Notes under the pieces: generated by a model
What the model was told of the DNA's origin: nothing
The model's database searches: none
The model's input: the letters and a program-made list of their open reading frames with translations, nothing else
Translations under genes and position numbers: made by a program
Virus record (IMG/VR): IMGVR_UViG_2933632641_000001
Location: 5,513-69,512 of that record
Reading direction: 5' to 3' (one strand)
DNA length: 64,000 nucleotides
Source of the DNA: a virus
Taxonomy: Duplodnaviria > Caudoviricetes
Shown here: piece by piece, positions 44,812 to 54,411 of the stretch
Layout: each line of letters opens with the position of its first letter
Position numbering within the stretch: position 1 is the stretch's first letter

Positions 44812-44947
44812 GCGGTCCGCCTGTTCTTCGGGTTGGATGACCAACGTATGGCGCTGCAGCTGGCGGGCGCATTCCTTTCGCGGAGGGAACTTTCGCGCCG
44901 CAGCTCTCCGTCCTGGGCGGTGGCGACAGTTGACTCCAGACAGCAGT

Positions 44948-44980
44948 GAAGGCCCCGCCCGTGATGGGCGGGGCCTTCTT
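44948..44980. terminator. Bidirectional terminator
   Basis: GAAGGCCCCGCCC-GTGAT-GGGCGGGGCCTTC. Confidence 0.75.
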
Positions 44981-44985
44981 CGTGT

Positions 44986-45381
44986 TCAGCGCTGCGGGTC
45001 GAAAGTGGGGGTTTCGGCGTGCAGGTCGCTGGACGGCATCTTGAGGATGGTCTTGTGGTACTCGCCCTTGGTGTCGTCGGTGAAAGCGTGTTCGGAGTTG
45101 TAGGCGAGCTGCTTGAGGAAGTCGCCGAGTTCTTCCCACATGAGGAGCCACTGACCTTGGGGGTACTGCTTCTTGAGCCAGTTGTCGAGGGCTCGGTCGC
45201 AGGCGCCTTTGTGGGCTGCGAACAGTGGCGTGTGTTCGATCTTGCCTGTTTCGTCGCTGCCCATCCGCCTGCCCCAGACCAGGTTGCCGGCGCCGTGGAC
45301 TTGTTGGCGGCAGGCGTCGCAGATGACGGTGGCGCAGTGCATCGCTTCGGGGGGTCCGCTTCGTGGCATGAACTCGATCAC
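44986..45381 (-). CDS. Hypothetical zinc-binding protein
   Basis: GAAAGG RBS; ICDAC...HKGAC. Confidence 0.7.
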   Translation of the reverse strand: MIEFMPRSGPPEAMHCATVICDACRQQVHGAGNLVWGRRMGSDETGKIEHTPLFAAHKGACDRALDNWLKKQYPQGQWLLMWEELGDFLKQLAYNSEHAFTDDTKGEYHKTILKMPSSDLHAETPTFDPQR

Positions 45382-45438
45382 GGCGGCGCCTTTCGGTAGT
45401 GCGGCGGTGTGTCTGGTGCGGGCGGCGGGGGCCTGGCT

Positions 45439-45681
45439 TTAGCCGAGGTAGTCGAGCTGGAGCACGGCGACGGTCCGCGTGTTGTGTCCGACGAGGAGGA
45501 TGGCGCGGACGTCCGGTGTGATGATCTGCCGGATGATTTTGTCGTCGACGCCGTAGGGGTGTGTCGCGTCGAGGGGCCGTGCGCAGGCTTGGGCGAGGGC
45601 GCGGGTGAGGTTCTCGCTGGCGTGCGGTGGGAGGGCGTCGTAGACGGCCTCGGCGGCTGGGTCCAGTTTCAGCGCGTACAC
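45439..45681 (-). CDS. RelE/ParE-like toxin candidate
   Basis: 80 aa; YALKLDPAAEAVYDALP...P......G...R...VAVLQL layout. Confidence 0.6.
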   Translation of the reverse strand: MYALKLDPAAEAVYDALPPHASENLTRALAQACARPLDATHPYGVDDKIIRQIITPDVRAILLVGHNTRTVAVLQLDYLG

Positions 45682-45699
45682 GGGCCCATACTGTCAGTT

Positions 45700-45978
45700 T
45701 CAGGCGGCGCCGCGGGCGGGTCCGGGTTCTCCGAGGATTCGGTGGGTGGCGTCGGCCCAGTTGCCGGGGAGTTGTTCGCCGCGTTCGTCGTGGCCGGCGA
45801 GGGCGCGGGCCCGCTCGACGGCGATCAGCCCGTTCTTGGCGATGCGTTCCCACTTGGCGAACACGGTGAGGAGTTCGTGGGCTGGCGCTCGGTTGATCTC
45901 GCTGAGGCAGCGTTGGCTGAGTGCCGGGTGGCCGAGGGCGTCGCAGATCCGTTCGATGGTCCAGGGGGTCTCGCCCAC
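45700..45978 (-). CDS. Antitoxin candidate
   Basis: Upstream of the RelE-like gene; PWTIERICDAL; GGGAGG RBS. Confidence 0.55.
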   Translation of the reverse strand: MGETPWTIERICDALGHPALSQRCLSEINRAPAHELLTVFAKWERIAKNGLIAVERARALAGHDERGEQLPGNWADATHRILGEPGPARGAA

Positions 45979-45990
45979 GACCTGCCTCCC

Positions 45991-46021
45991 ACGGTGGAAT
46001 CACGACTGGTGATTCCACCGT
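45991..46021. promoter_or_regulatory. 13-bp inverted repeat over the TA promoter
   Basis: ACGGTGGAATCAC-GACTG-GTGATTCCACCGT overlapping a minus-strand TACGGT. Confidence 0.6.
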
Positions 46022-46125
46022 AGCGCAGCAGGCGTTAGCGGGTTAACGGTGCGGCGTAGTGGGCGGTGATTACCTCATTGCCGATTACCGGTTCCCGGTA
46101 GTGCACCGGTCGGTCTGCGTCGGGT

Positions 46126-49100
46126 TCAGCGGCTCTGGCTGCCCCAGCTGGCGGCTGCGGGTGCTGCCGACTGTGGCGTGAGCAGGCCGATCAGGTGCGT
46201 GAGGAGCTGGTTCGTTCGCTGTTGTTCGGCGATGAGCGCCTCGAGGCGCTGGTTTGTCTCGCCTTGGGCCTTCTTAGCCTGTTGTAGGACAGCTTGGTCG
46301 AGCATTCCCATGGGGCTCGTCTCCTCGAGGGGTCCGCGGGTGGCCAGGGTCGCGGGGTTCATCCTCGGGCGTTTTCGGGCTGGGTGGGGCCGGAACTGTC
46401 CGGTAGGGGGGCACGCTAGCGACGTGTGCGCGCCCCTGCCCGGGTTTCTACCGTCCGACGAGGAGTGCGGCCTTGGTGAGCTCGAGCGCCTGGTCCTCGG
46501 TGAAGCCGGCTTCGAGAAGTGCTGCGTACATTTCGTGGAGTTGGACGGCGACGGTGGCGAGGGCTGTGATGGGGTCTACCGGTTCCATTGGGGCTCCTCG
46601 TGCTGGCGGTGCGGTCGGTCAGGCGGCGGGTTGGGTGCAGTGGCCGGACAGGCAGCGGACGGCTCCGTCGGCGACGTAGTGGACGTGCTGGCCAGCGGCG
46701 ACGAGGCGGTGGGCTGCGTCGAGGGCGCGGGCGGGTTGCGGCTTGGTCACAGTCGTGCCTTCCAGTTCGGTCCGCGGAGGGCGGCGGGGACGTCGGACGT
46801 CGAGACTGCGCGCTGGGCTGCGAGCCACCGGTCGACCGTTCGCGCAGCGGCCGCGTGACGCTGGACCTGAACGCCGGGGATCCTGAACCCGCCGCTGCAT
46901 CCGCAGGCGCATCCGTCGATGAGCTGGCGGGCGATGAGTCGGCGCAGCTTGGCGAGGAGCAGGTTCCACGGAACGGGTCCTACGCGGGCCTCGAGGAACT
47001 TCCGAACCTCTGCCGTGATCGCCCAACCGTCATCGGCGCTGGCGACGGCCTCGATGACGAGTTGGTCGGGGATGTCCTTGCACTGCATGAGGCGATCGCC
47101 GATCTGGCGGAGGGTGATCTCATTCATCTCCCATCTCCTTGATCACTTCCTGCTTGACCTGATTCCGGATCTGGCTGACCTGCTCGAAGTAACTGCGGGC
47201 TTCCTCGCGAGTGAGACTGGCTTCGGCGCGCCGATACAGATCATTGATCTTCTGTTCAAGGTCGCTGCTGCTGATGCGGTGTTCCATCCGCCACAAGATC
47301 TGGAAGGCGGGGGTGAGCTGGCGGCCTGCGAGGTGCTGGTCGTAGTCGTCGAGGCGGTGGGGGCAGTCGGCGGCGATCGCGTCGCGGAGCGGGTCGGCGG
47401 TCACAGAACATCTCCCAAGATCGTCAGCGTGTGGATGGTGACCTTCTCGATGTAGCTGGGCCGGCCAGCCGCGCGCCCGTGGTCGCCGGGGATGTAGCGG
47501 GGCCGCGGGTCGGGATGGTCGAGGCCGTGGCCCGAGCGGGTTTCGGCGCAGCGGTCGGGGGTCGGGCTGGTGTCGCAGGGCTCGATGTCCCAGCCCGGCC
47601 CCCACACGTCGAGTTCGCTGGTCACGGCGCGGGCTCGGGGATCGGCTTCGGGTTGCCCAGACCGGTGGCGCGGGCCGGGCCGCAGGCGTTGAGCAGCGCC
47701 TGCACTCCAGGCGCGGCCGGGTAGGCGGCGCCTTGGGGCCGCATGCCGCGGATGCGGGCGGCGTAAAGCTCGGCGAGCCAGGCCGTGGACCCCGCCTCGA
47801 TCAGGTCGGCGAGGGCCTGCTGCAGGATCGGGAGGCGGTCGGGGGTGATCGCCTCAGCGTCGGCGCTGCCCCAGTCGAAAATGTCGGAGACGTTGGCCCA
47901 GAGTTCGATGCTGTCGCCCTTGGCCCACCAGAGGAGGGTGTCGTGGCTCTCGGCCTTGGCGAAGATCGTCAACACTTCGACGAGGAACTCGTGGTCGGTC
48001 ATCGGGCGCTCCCGTCGCTGGTGAGCTCGGCCGCCAGCCGGTCGCGGTTGCTGTACGGCGGCTCGCTCCGCTGCGCCCACCAGCGCCCGGCCTGCTGGTC
48101 CCAGTGCTTGTGCTCGGGGTGGGGGCCGTCGAGGAGGCTGCAGGTCCAGCCGTTCTGCTGGTCGTCGCAGGCGCGGAGGTCGGGGTCGGGCTGCTGGCTC
48201 ATGCTCCGGCCCCCTCGCCGGCGATGGTGGTGTCGGCCAGCATTTCCGCGATCTCGTCGTCGCCGAAGCCGTCGCGGCGGAGGCTGGCGGCCATCTCGTC
48301 AACCTCGGGCGGGTCGATGGCGAGCGCGGCCAGCACCGCGTTGAGCACGGTGTCCGGGTCGGGGCCGGCCTCCCAGTCGATGCCTTCGATGGCGTGCCAG
48401 GCCCGGTCGTGCTCCAGCTCGGTCAGCTGGCGGCGCGGGGTGAGAGCGGGCCCGTCGAGCTGCGGGTCGGTGGGCCGCGGACGCCCGTCGGCGACGCGGC
48501 GCAGCATCAGCGCGGTCGCGTCCACGGAGTTGCCGGTGTAGGCGGCGACGAGGTCGGCGGCCCAGTGGAAGACCGTCGTGCGGGTGCCGGCCGGGATGGG
48601 GAGCGGCGCGGGCTGTTCGCCGGTCTGCCGGGCCATGTCGCGCATCCCTGCGATGACCTCCTCCAGCTGATCGAGCGGCACGACCACGTCCGCGTGACCG
48701 GTCTCCGAGCTGCCGACGGCGTACCGGATCGCGGGCCGGCCGTCCGGGGTCTGGTCGGGGAGCGCGGCGAAGTCCTGGCCGCCGACGCCGGTGATCACGA
48801 ACCCGGACTTCGGGAACAGGGCGAGGTGGCTGACGTCGGCGTCGAAGTCCTCGTAGGTAGTGGTCTCCAGGACGAGGCGCCGGCGGACGGGCGTTCCGTC
48901 CCGCCACGTCGGGTGGTTCCGGTCGAGGCGGGTCCGCTTGTCGGTGGCGTCCTGGCAGCGGGTGAACGGCAGGCCGGAGGACCACTCGGCGGCGGTCGGG
49001 TCGTAGGTCTCGACGTGCCAGCGGACGCGGGGCGGGTGGGCGTGGTGCATGCGGGCTCCTGGTGGGTGCGGGGTGGTGCCGGCCCGCGGGTGACGGGCCG

Positions 49101-50597
49101 GCCGGGGCGGGGGTCAGTAGGCGGCTTCGCCCCACTTGCAGCCGGTGCACATCCACGCGGGGAAGGGGCGGTCGGCGGTGGGGTGTTCGAGCTCGAAGGC
49201 CTCGGTGCCGCACTCAGGGCAGTCGTCGGGCGGGGGTTCGATGGGGACGAAGTCGGCCATCACGCCACCTCGTAGTTGGCCGTGAGCGTCCAGCCGGCCC
49301 GCTCGTATTTCGGGACGGTGACGGTGACGATCTCCTCGCGGCAGCAGGTATAGGCCTCGCCGTCGCCGCCGTGGACGTGGATGGATTCGAGGTCCTTCCA
49401 CAGTTCGATCGTCAGCTCTTCGGTGTCGCGGGTCATGATCCAGACCTCGTGGACGTGGTCGTCGGTCTCGTGCATGTGGGCTCCTGGGCTGGTTGGTGGG
49501 GTGCCGGCCCGCGGGTGACGGGCCGGCCGGGGCGGGTCAGGCGGCGGGCGGCCAGGTGCCTGCCGCGATCTGGTCGCGTCGCGTGGCCAGCAACCCCCGC
49601 AGGACGCTGGCCTTCTTGGCGTAGCGCTCACGGGTGAGTTCGGCCTCGCGGATGGCGCGCTCAATGGCTTCGGGGCTGGCGTTGGTCATGAAGTCGGGGG
49701 CGATGTAGGTCACGGGGGCGGGTCTCCTTCGGTGTGCGCGAGGGCGGTCGAACCGGGGCGGTCGAGCGGGGTCAGGTGCGGGCGGCGGCTTCCTGGGCCT
49801 CAACCTGGGATGCGTCGGCGATCACCTGGAGCTGCGCAATCAGCGCGGGCAGGTCCGCCAGCGGGACACCGGAGCCATTCGGGTCGGTGCGGAAGTAGAT
49901 GCCGGGGGTCCCGTCGTCGAAGAGGGCGGTGCTGATGAGGAGCCGGTCCCCGTCCATGTCGGTGTGGGAGTAGCGGCTGGGGTGGGGTGCGGCGCCGGCC
50001 GGAGGGAGGATGGTGATGATCTCGGTGTGGGTCATGTCGGGCCTTTCGGATGGCGTTGGGGTGCGGGCGGCTGTGCGGGGCTGTGCGGGGCGTTTTGAGG
50101 GCCGGATGAAGTCGGGGGCCTACGGAGCTAGTTCGGCCGGGAGACGGGGTCCTGTGGCTTCCTCGGGGCCGCCTGGCCGCCCGCCGGAGGTATCAGCCCG
50201 CGCTTGCGGGCCAGGCGGACTGCTGCGGTTCGTCGTTCATCGCGGCCCATCCATGCGACGTCGAGGCGCTTGTATGCCTCGGAGAGCCGGGCGGCTACCC
50301 AAGGGCGGGGCCGGCCGAGGCGGGCAGCGACGACGGTGAGCGTGGCCCCGTCCGCGGCGGCTTCAAGCACTGCGGCTTGCGGGCGGGTCAGCGGCATCCG
50401 CTGCGGCCCGCTCACGACCGCCTCCGGTGCTGCTCGGGTACGGGGGTGCCGGTGGCGTCGAGGTGGCCGTCGGCGGTGGCGAGGAGGAGCAGGGCCCGCT
50501 CAAGGACGTCGGCGGGGATCTGACCGCGGTAGCAGCGGCGGAGGATCGCAGCAGTGCGGGAGGTGGCGATCAGCCGGATCGGGCGCGGGGCGGTCAC
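46126..50597 (-). other. Run of small coupled early genes: 46126-46311, 46448-46588, 46619-46750, 46747-47127, 47120-47404, 47401-47625, 47622-48002, 47999-48202, 48199-49050, 49114-49260, 49260-49475, 49537-49713, 49772-50035, 50128-50415 (LuxR-like HTH), 50412-50597
   Basis: ATGA/GTGA overlaps and GGAG RBSs; no function recognised apart from the HTH. Confidence 0.65.
49075..49536. repeat. 37-bp direct repeat (hairpin) flanking a two-gene cassette
   Basis: GGTGCCGGCCCGCGGGTGACGGGCCGGCCGGGGCGGG at 49075-49111 and 49500-49536. Confidence 0.85.
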
Positions 50598-50971
50598 TGA
50601 CTGGCCCAAATGGAGTTCGCCAGCTCGAGCAGGACTGCGGCGTGACAGTGGTCGGGCTCGCCCGGCTCCGGCAGCGGGCAGGTGCAGGCAAGGTCTTTGC
50701 CGCGGAGGGTGTGGAGTTCGGCGAGGATTCGGCGCCGGTCGAAGGTCTGCTTGCCGATGCGGTAGGTCTGCTCGAACCATCCGCCCGCGGTTCCGACGCG
50801 GAGCCACTCTCGGTAGGCCGACGTGACGGCGCTGCGCGGGTTGCCCATCTCGGCTTCCTCGGCCTGCTGGATCGTGAAGGGGTTCCCGAATCGGCTGGGG
50901 CGGCTGACGATCACGGCACCTTCGGGTAGGCGCCAGCCGGCGGTGCGCTTGCGCTGGATGCGGTTCGGCAT
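50594..50971 (-). CDS. DUF4326-like protein
   Basis: RIQRKRTAGWR...VSRPSRFGNPF...LRGKDLACTC...CHAAVL. Confidence 0.85.
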   Translation of the reverse strand: MPNRIQRKRTAGWRLPEGAVIVSRPSRFGNPFTIQQAEEAEMGNPRSAVTSAYREWLRVGTAGGWFEQTYRIGKQTFDRRRILAELHTLRGKDLACTCPLPEPGEPDHCHAAVLLELANSIWASQ

Positions 50972-51039
50972 CGTGTTCTCCGTTCGTGAGATGGTGGTCG
51001 GGCGACCCCGCCCGCTGCATGGGCGGGGTCGTCCTGCGT

Positions 51040-51234
51040 TCAGGCGTCAGGGGCGGCGGTGCATTCGGGGCAGAGGTCGCGGCCGTCACTTGCGCGGGAC
51101 CAGCCAACCGACTTGAGGTGGCGGCGCAGTTCGGCCCGGGTCATGCCGGGGATGGGGCCACCCCACTCGGTCTGGCACGGTTCCCCGCGCTCCTCGCCGT
51201 CGCAGCTGATCAGGTGCTCGACCCGGGCAGTCAT
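51040..51234 (-). CDS. Small zinc-finger protein
   Basis: SCDG...C...GW...DLCPEC. Confidence 0.65.
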   Translation of the reverse strand: MTARVEHLISCDGEERGEPCQTEWGGPIPGMTRAELRRHLKSVGWSRASDGRDLCPECTAAPDA

Positions 51235-51566
51235 CAGGCTGCCTCTCCGTCGGCGGATTCGTGGGTCAGCACGAGCCGCCGGTCGAATCCGCCGCGCTCG
51301 GCGTACTTCCGGAGGCGGGCGGCCTCGATGTCCTCGGGGGTCCAGCCGGTCATGGCGGCGAGGGCGTGTACGACCTCGAGGACGTCGGCCAGCTCGTCGA
51401 GCAGCTCGCGGGGCTCGTCGGCCGCGGCCACCTCGTCGGCTTCCTCGTGGAGCTTTTCGAGGAGGAGTTCGGCGGCCTCGGTGGGGGAGGCGGTGTGGAC
51501 GGCCAGGTCGTGGCCTCGGGCAGCGGCGATCTCGGGGATCCGGTCACGGATCAGCTTGGTGATCAT
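51234..51566 (-). CDS. MazG-like nucleoside triphosphate pyrophosphohydrolase
   Basis: KLIRDRIPEI...KLHEEADE...ELADVLEV...K..ERGGF. Confidence 0.85.
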   Translation of the reverse strand: MITKLIRDRIPEIAAARGHDLAVHTASPTEAAELLLEKLHEEADEVAAADEPRELLDELADVLEVVHALAAMTGWTPEDIEAARLRKYAERGGFDRRLVLTHESADGEAA

Positions 51567-52669
51567 CAGGCGGCTGCCTTTCGTTGGCGGGATGCCGGTT
51601 GGCGGGTGGGCTGGCGTCGGCCGGTGTCGTCGAGGGCGGCGAGCAGCTCAGCGCGGTGCCGGGCGGCGATTTCGTCGCGGGTCGGGGTGGTGCGCAGGAC
51701 GCTGGTGGGCCGGTAGCCGCTGCCCGTACAGCGGGCCGGGTCGTTACTGGCGGTGCGGTGGGCGCGGAGGGTGCCGTCGGCGTTGAGGGCTGCCTGCCGT
51801 CCGCACCAGGCACACCATCCGCGGGGCGTGACGGGGGCGTTGAGGGCTGCGGGGCCGCCGAAGGTGCCGTCGGGCCACTCCTCGGAGAGGAGACGCTCCA
51901 GCGGGCTCACCGGTCGGCCTCGTCGACGGGGTGGACAGTGAAGCGACCATCGGGGTGGCGAATGATCCAGTCGCCGTAGAAGGCGATGACGTGGTTGGGG
52001 CGGTCGCCGATGCGGAGCCCGATGCACTCGGGCCGGCCGTCATCCCCGGCGGCGTAGTACCCCTTGGCGAAGACGCCGCACTTGTCGACGTCGTTGTCCA
52101 CGCGGCTGATGTTGCGGGGGGTGAGCTGCCAGGTGCGGCAGCCGGCCTCCTCGAACTGGGTGACTTCGAACGGCTTGGGCGTGGTCTCGTTCACGCTGCG
52201 GTCTCCTTCGCTTCGGTCTCGCGGGCGGGGTGGTGGCCCTCGATGGGGCGGCCGTTGTCGTGGCAGTCGACGCCGGGGGTCACCTGGCACGTGCTGCAGA
52301 CGGCGGTGGCGACGACCCAGGCGGCGATGCGGGCGGGGCACGGGTCGGTCTTGGTGTGGCGGCCGGAGATCGTCGTGCAGCGGGCTTTCTCGGCGGCGCC
52401 ACAGTGGGGGCAGCGGTGGTCGTAGGCGGGGTGCCGGGGCCGGCCGCTACGGAGGCTGGCGGGCATCGGGGCCGAGCGGGGGCGGGCGGTCATCGGTGGC
52501 CTGCCTTCCAGCAGTCGGGGCAGATGTCGCGGCCCTTCGGGCGGGTGCGCCATCCGTCGGCTCGGCGGAGGCGGCGGACCTCGGTCGCGGTCCGAACTTG
52601 GACGGCGTGGGTGGCGTTGGTGCAGCCCGGCCCGTCGCAGTTGATGGCGGGGAAGTTGTCGACGGTCAT
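51566..52669 (-). other. Four small genes: 51566-51910, 51907-52194, 52191-52493 and 52490-52669 (mostly zinc fingers)
   Basis: Coupled starts/stops and CxxC motifs. Confidence 0.65.
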
Positions 52670-53352
52670 GCGGTCTCTCCTTCGGGTTCGACGATCTCGG
52701 CGTCGGCCAGGTCGAGCAGGGCGAGGCGGGAGGCTTCCTTGCCAGCCGCCTCTGCGTGGGCGTCATGGCCGGCAGGGATGGGCTGATCGGTGGCCACGGC
52801 GATCCGGATCGGGTGCGGCTCGCGCATCGGTTCGCCGAGCGGGAACCGCTCGCTGGAACCGGGCTTCTTGCACGGGCGACCTCGGGCCGCCTTGCAGCGA
52901 GGGCAGGCGATCCCGAGCGGGCCGGGCCGGCGGACTGTGTCGAGCTCGGGGTTGGGCTGCTTCGGAATCTTCCGACTGACGCCTGTCATCAGCTGCTTCA
53001 TGGGCCGGGGCTTGAGTTCGTGGCCGTTCGCTGCCCGATAGCGCTGGGCGCGGAGGGCGGCGATGTACGCGGCCGGGTCGTCGGGGTTGGCGTCCGGCAC
53101 CTCGGCGGGAAGGCCGGGCCCCTGGAAGTCGGAGGCGGCCTCGGCCCGCTGCTGCTCGATGACCTCGATGATCTCGGCGGGGCTGATGAACGGCTGCCTC
53201 CTGGCAACCGTGGCCGCCGCTCGCCGGGCCGCGGCCAAGGGGTAGTCGCCAAGGACGTCGTGCCAGGCGTCGGGGGTGTACTCGTCGAACTTCTGCTGGG
53301 GACACAGCGCCCGCACGTAGCGGGCGAGGACTACTGTCTCGTCGGGTGTCAT
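52666..53352 (-). CDS. Helicase loader/inhibitor-like protein with zinc finger
   Basis: MTPDETVVL...DAWHDVL...PAEI; CPRC...C...H; immediately after the initiator. Confidence 0.65.
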   Translation of the reverse strand: MTPDETVVLARYVRALCPQQKFDEYTPDAWHDVLGDYPLAAARRAAATVARRQPFISPAEIIEVIEQQRAEAASDFQGPGLPAEVPDANPDDPAAYIAALRAQRYRAANGHELKPRPMKQLMTGVSRKIPKQPNPELDTVRRPGPLGIACPRCKAARGRPCKKPGSSERFPLGEPMREPHPIRIAVATDQPIPAGHDAHAEAAGKEASRLALLDLADAEIVEPEGETA

Positions 53353-54362
53353 GAGATCTCCTGCTGCTGCATGCGGGCCTTGGCGCGCTGCATGGCGCGG
53401 TCGAAGAGGTCGTCGGTGTCTTGCTGCTGGCGGCTGTGGTTGGTCCCGGGAACGGCGCGGAGACCGGGGCGGCCGTCGGCTTCGGGGTACTCGTCGAAGT
53501 ACCGTTCGTAGTGGAGCCAGTTCTGCGGATAGCTCGTGTACTGCGGGTCCTTGCCGGCGACTGCTCGGGCGTAGGACTGGGCGGCGGCAACCATGTGGTT
53601 GGGGTCGGCCCCTCGGCGGATTGCCGCGATCCACTCGGTTTTGGCCTTCGCCATGTGGATCTTCTTCGGGTAGACGATCCAAAAGGCTCCGAAGGCGTCG
53701 AGGTGGTTGTCTTCCTCGTCCTCGGTTGTGGGAGTCGAGCCGGCAGAAGAAGACGTGTTCTTCCCCGTGTTCTTCTCACCGTTTTCTGTAGTTGACGTAC
53801 CAGCGTGTGGTACGTCGGCGCGATCTGCGCTGATGCTTGTTTCCGCAGGTGGGACCGAGGTGCCACCAGGTGGCACCTCGGTGCGACCTGCTTCTTCGTT
53901 CGTTTCCGCAGGTGGGGCCGACGTACCGGCGTGTGGTACGTCGGCGGACCCCTCCGACGTACCACCGTGTGGTACGTCGGTCCCACCTGGGATTTCTTCT
54001 CTTTTGGCTGGTGGGGCCGACGTGCCAGCGTGTGGTACGTCGGTGCGACCTGCGGGAACGTCACTCAGGATGAGAACGGTGGCGTGCTGTCCACGGGCGA
54101 CGAGCTCCCGCTCGGTCTGGAGGTAGCCGTGCTCTTTGAGTTCGGCGAACGCGGCTCGGAACTGGCGTCGGCCGGGGCTGGCCTTACCGTGCTTGGCAAC
54201 TGACGCTTGCCACATGTCGTCTGCGGTGGCCTGCCATCCGTCGGGTCGGCTGAGGAGCTCGGCGAGGATGCCGCGGGCCATGTGGCTGAGGCGGTCGTCG
54301 CGCACGGTGGCGTTAGGGACCTGCAGGAAGTCCTTCGTCAGCCTGCTGCGGCGGATCCTCAC
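53349..54362 (-). CDS. Replication initiator (lambda O-like organisation)
   Basis: FLQVPNATVRDDRLSHMARG.L..LLS wHTH; DVPHAGTS repeats; FGAFWIVYPKK...YPQNWL..ERY.DE C-terminus. Confidence 0.85.
   Translation of the reverse strand: MRIRRSRLTKDFLQVPNATVRDDRLSHMARGILAELLSRPDGWQATADDMWQASVAKHGKASPGRRQFRAAFAELKEHGYLQTERELVARGQHATVLILSDVPAGRTDVPHAGTSAPPAKREEIPGGTDVPHGGTSEGSADVPHAGTSAPPAETNEEAGRTEVPPGGTSVPPAETSISADRADVPHAGTSTTENGEKNTGKNTSSSAGSTPTTEDEEDNHLDAFGAFWIVYPKKIHMAKAKTEWIAAIRRGADPNHMVAAAQSYARAVAGKDPQYTSYPQNWLHYERYFDEYPEADGRPGLRAVPGTNHSRQQQDTDDLFDRAMQRAKARMQQQEIS
53794..54041. repeat. Five 23-bp palindromic iterons, putative origin
   Basis: GACGTACCA-N5-TGGTACGTC-like units at 53794, 53857, 53920, 53956 and 54019. 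Confidence 0.85.
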
Positions 54363-54411
54363 GGGCGTCTTCTCTCTGGCTGGCTGGCTGGTGCGGGTGG
54401 TGGTGCCGCGG

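Noticed and set aside
44441-46018. 525-aa Arg/Pro-rich minus-strand ORF
   Set aside because: Off-frame read-through crossing four better genes and two terminators.
53794-54041. Iterons as a CRISPR array
   Set aside because: In frame within the initiator gene, irregular spacing, and the intervening sequences resemble each other.
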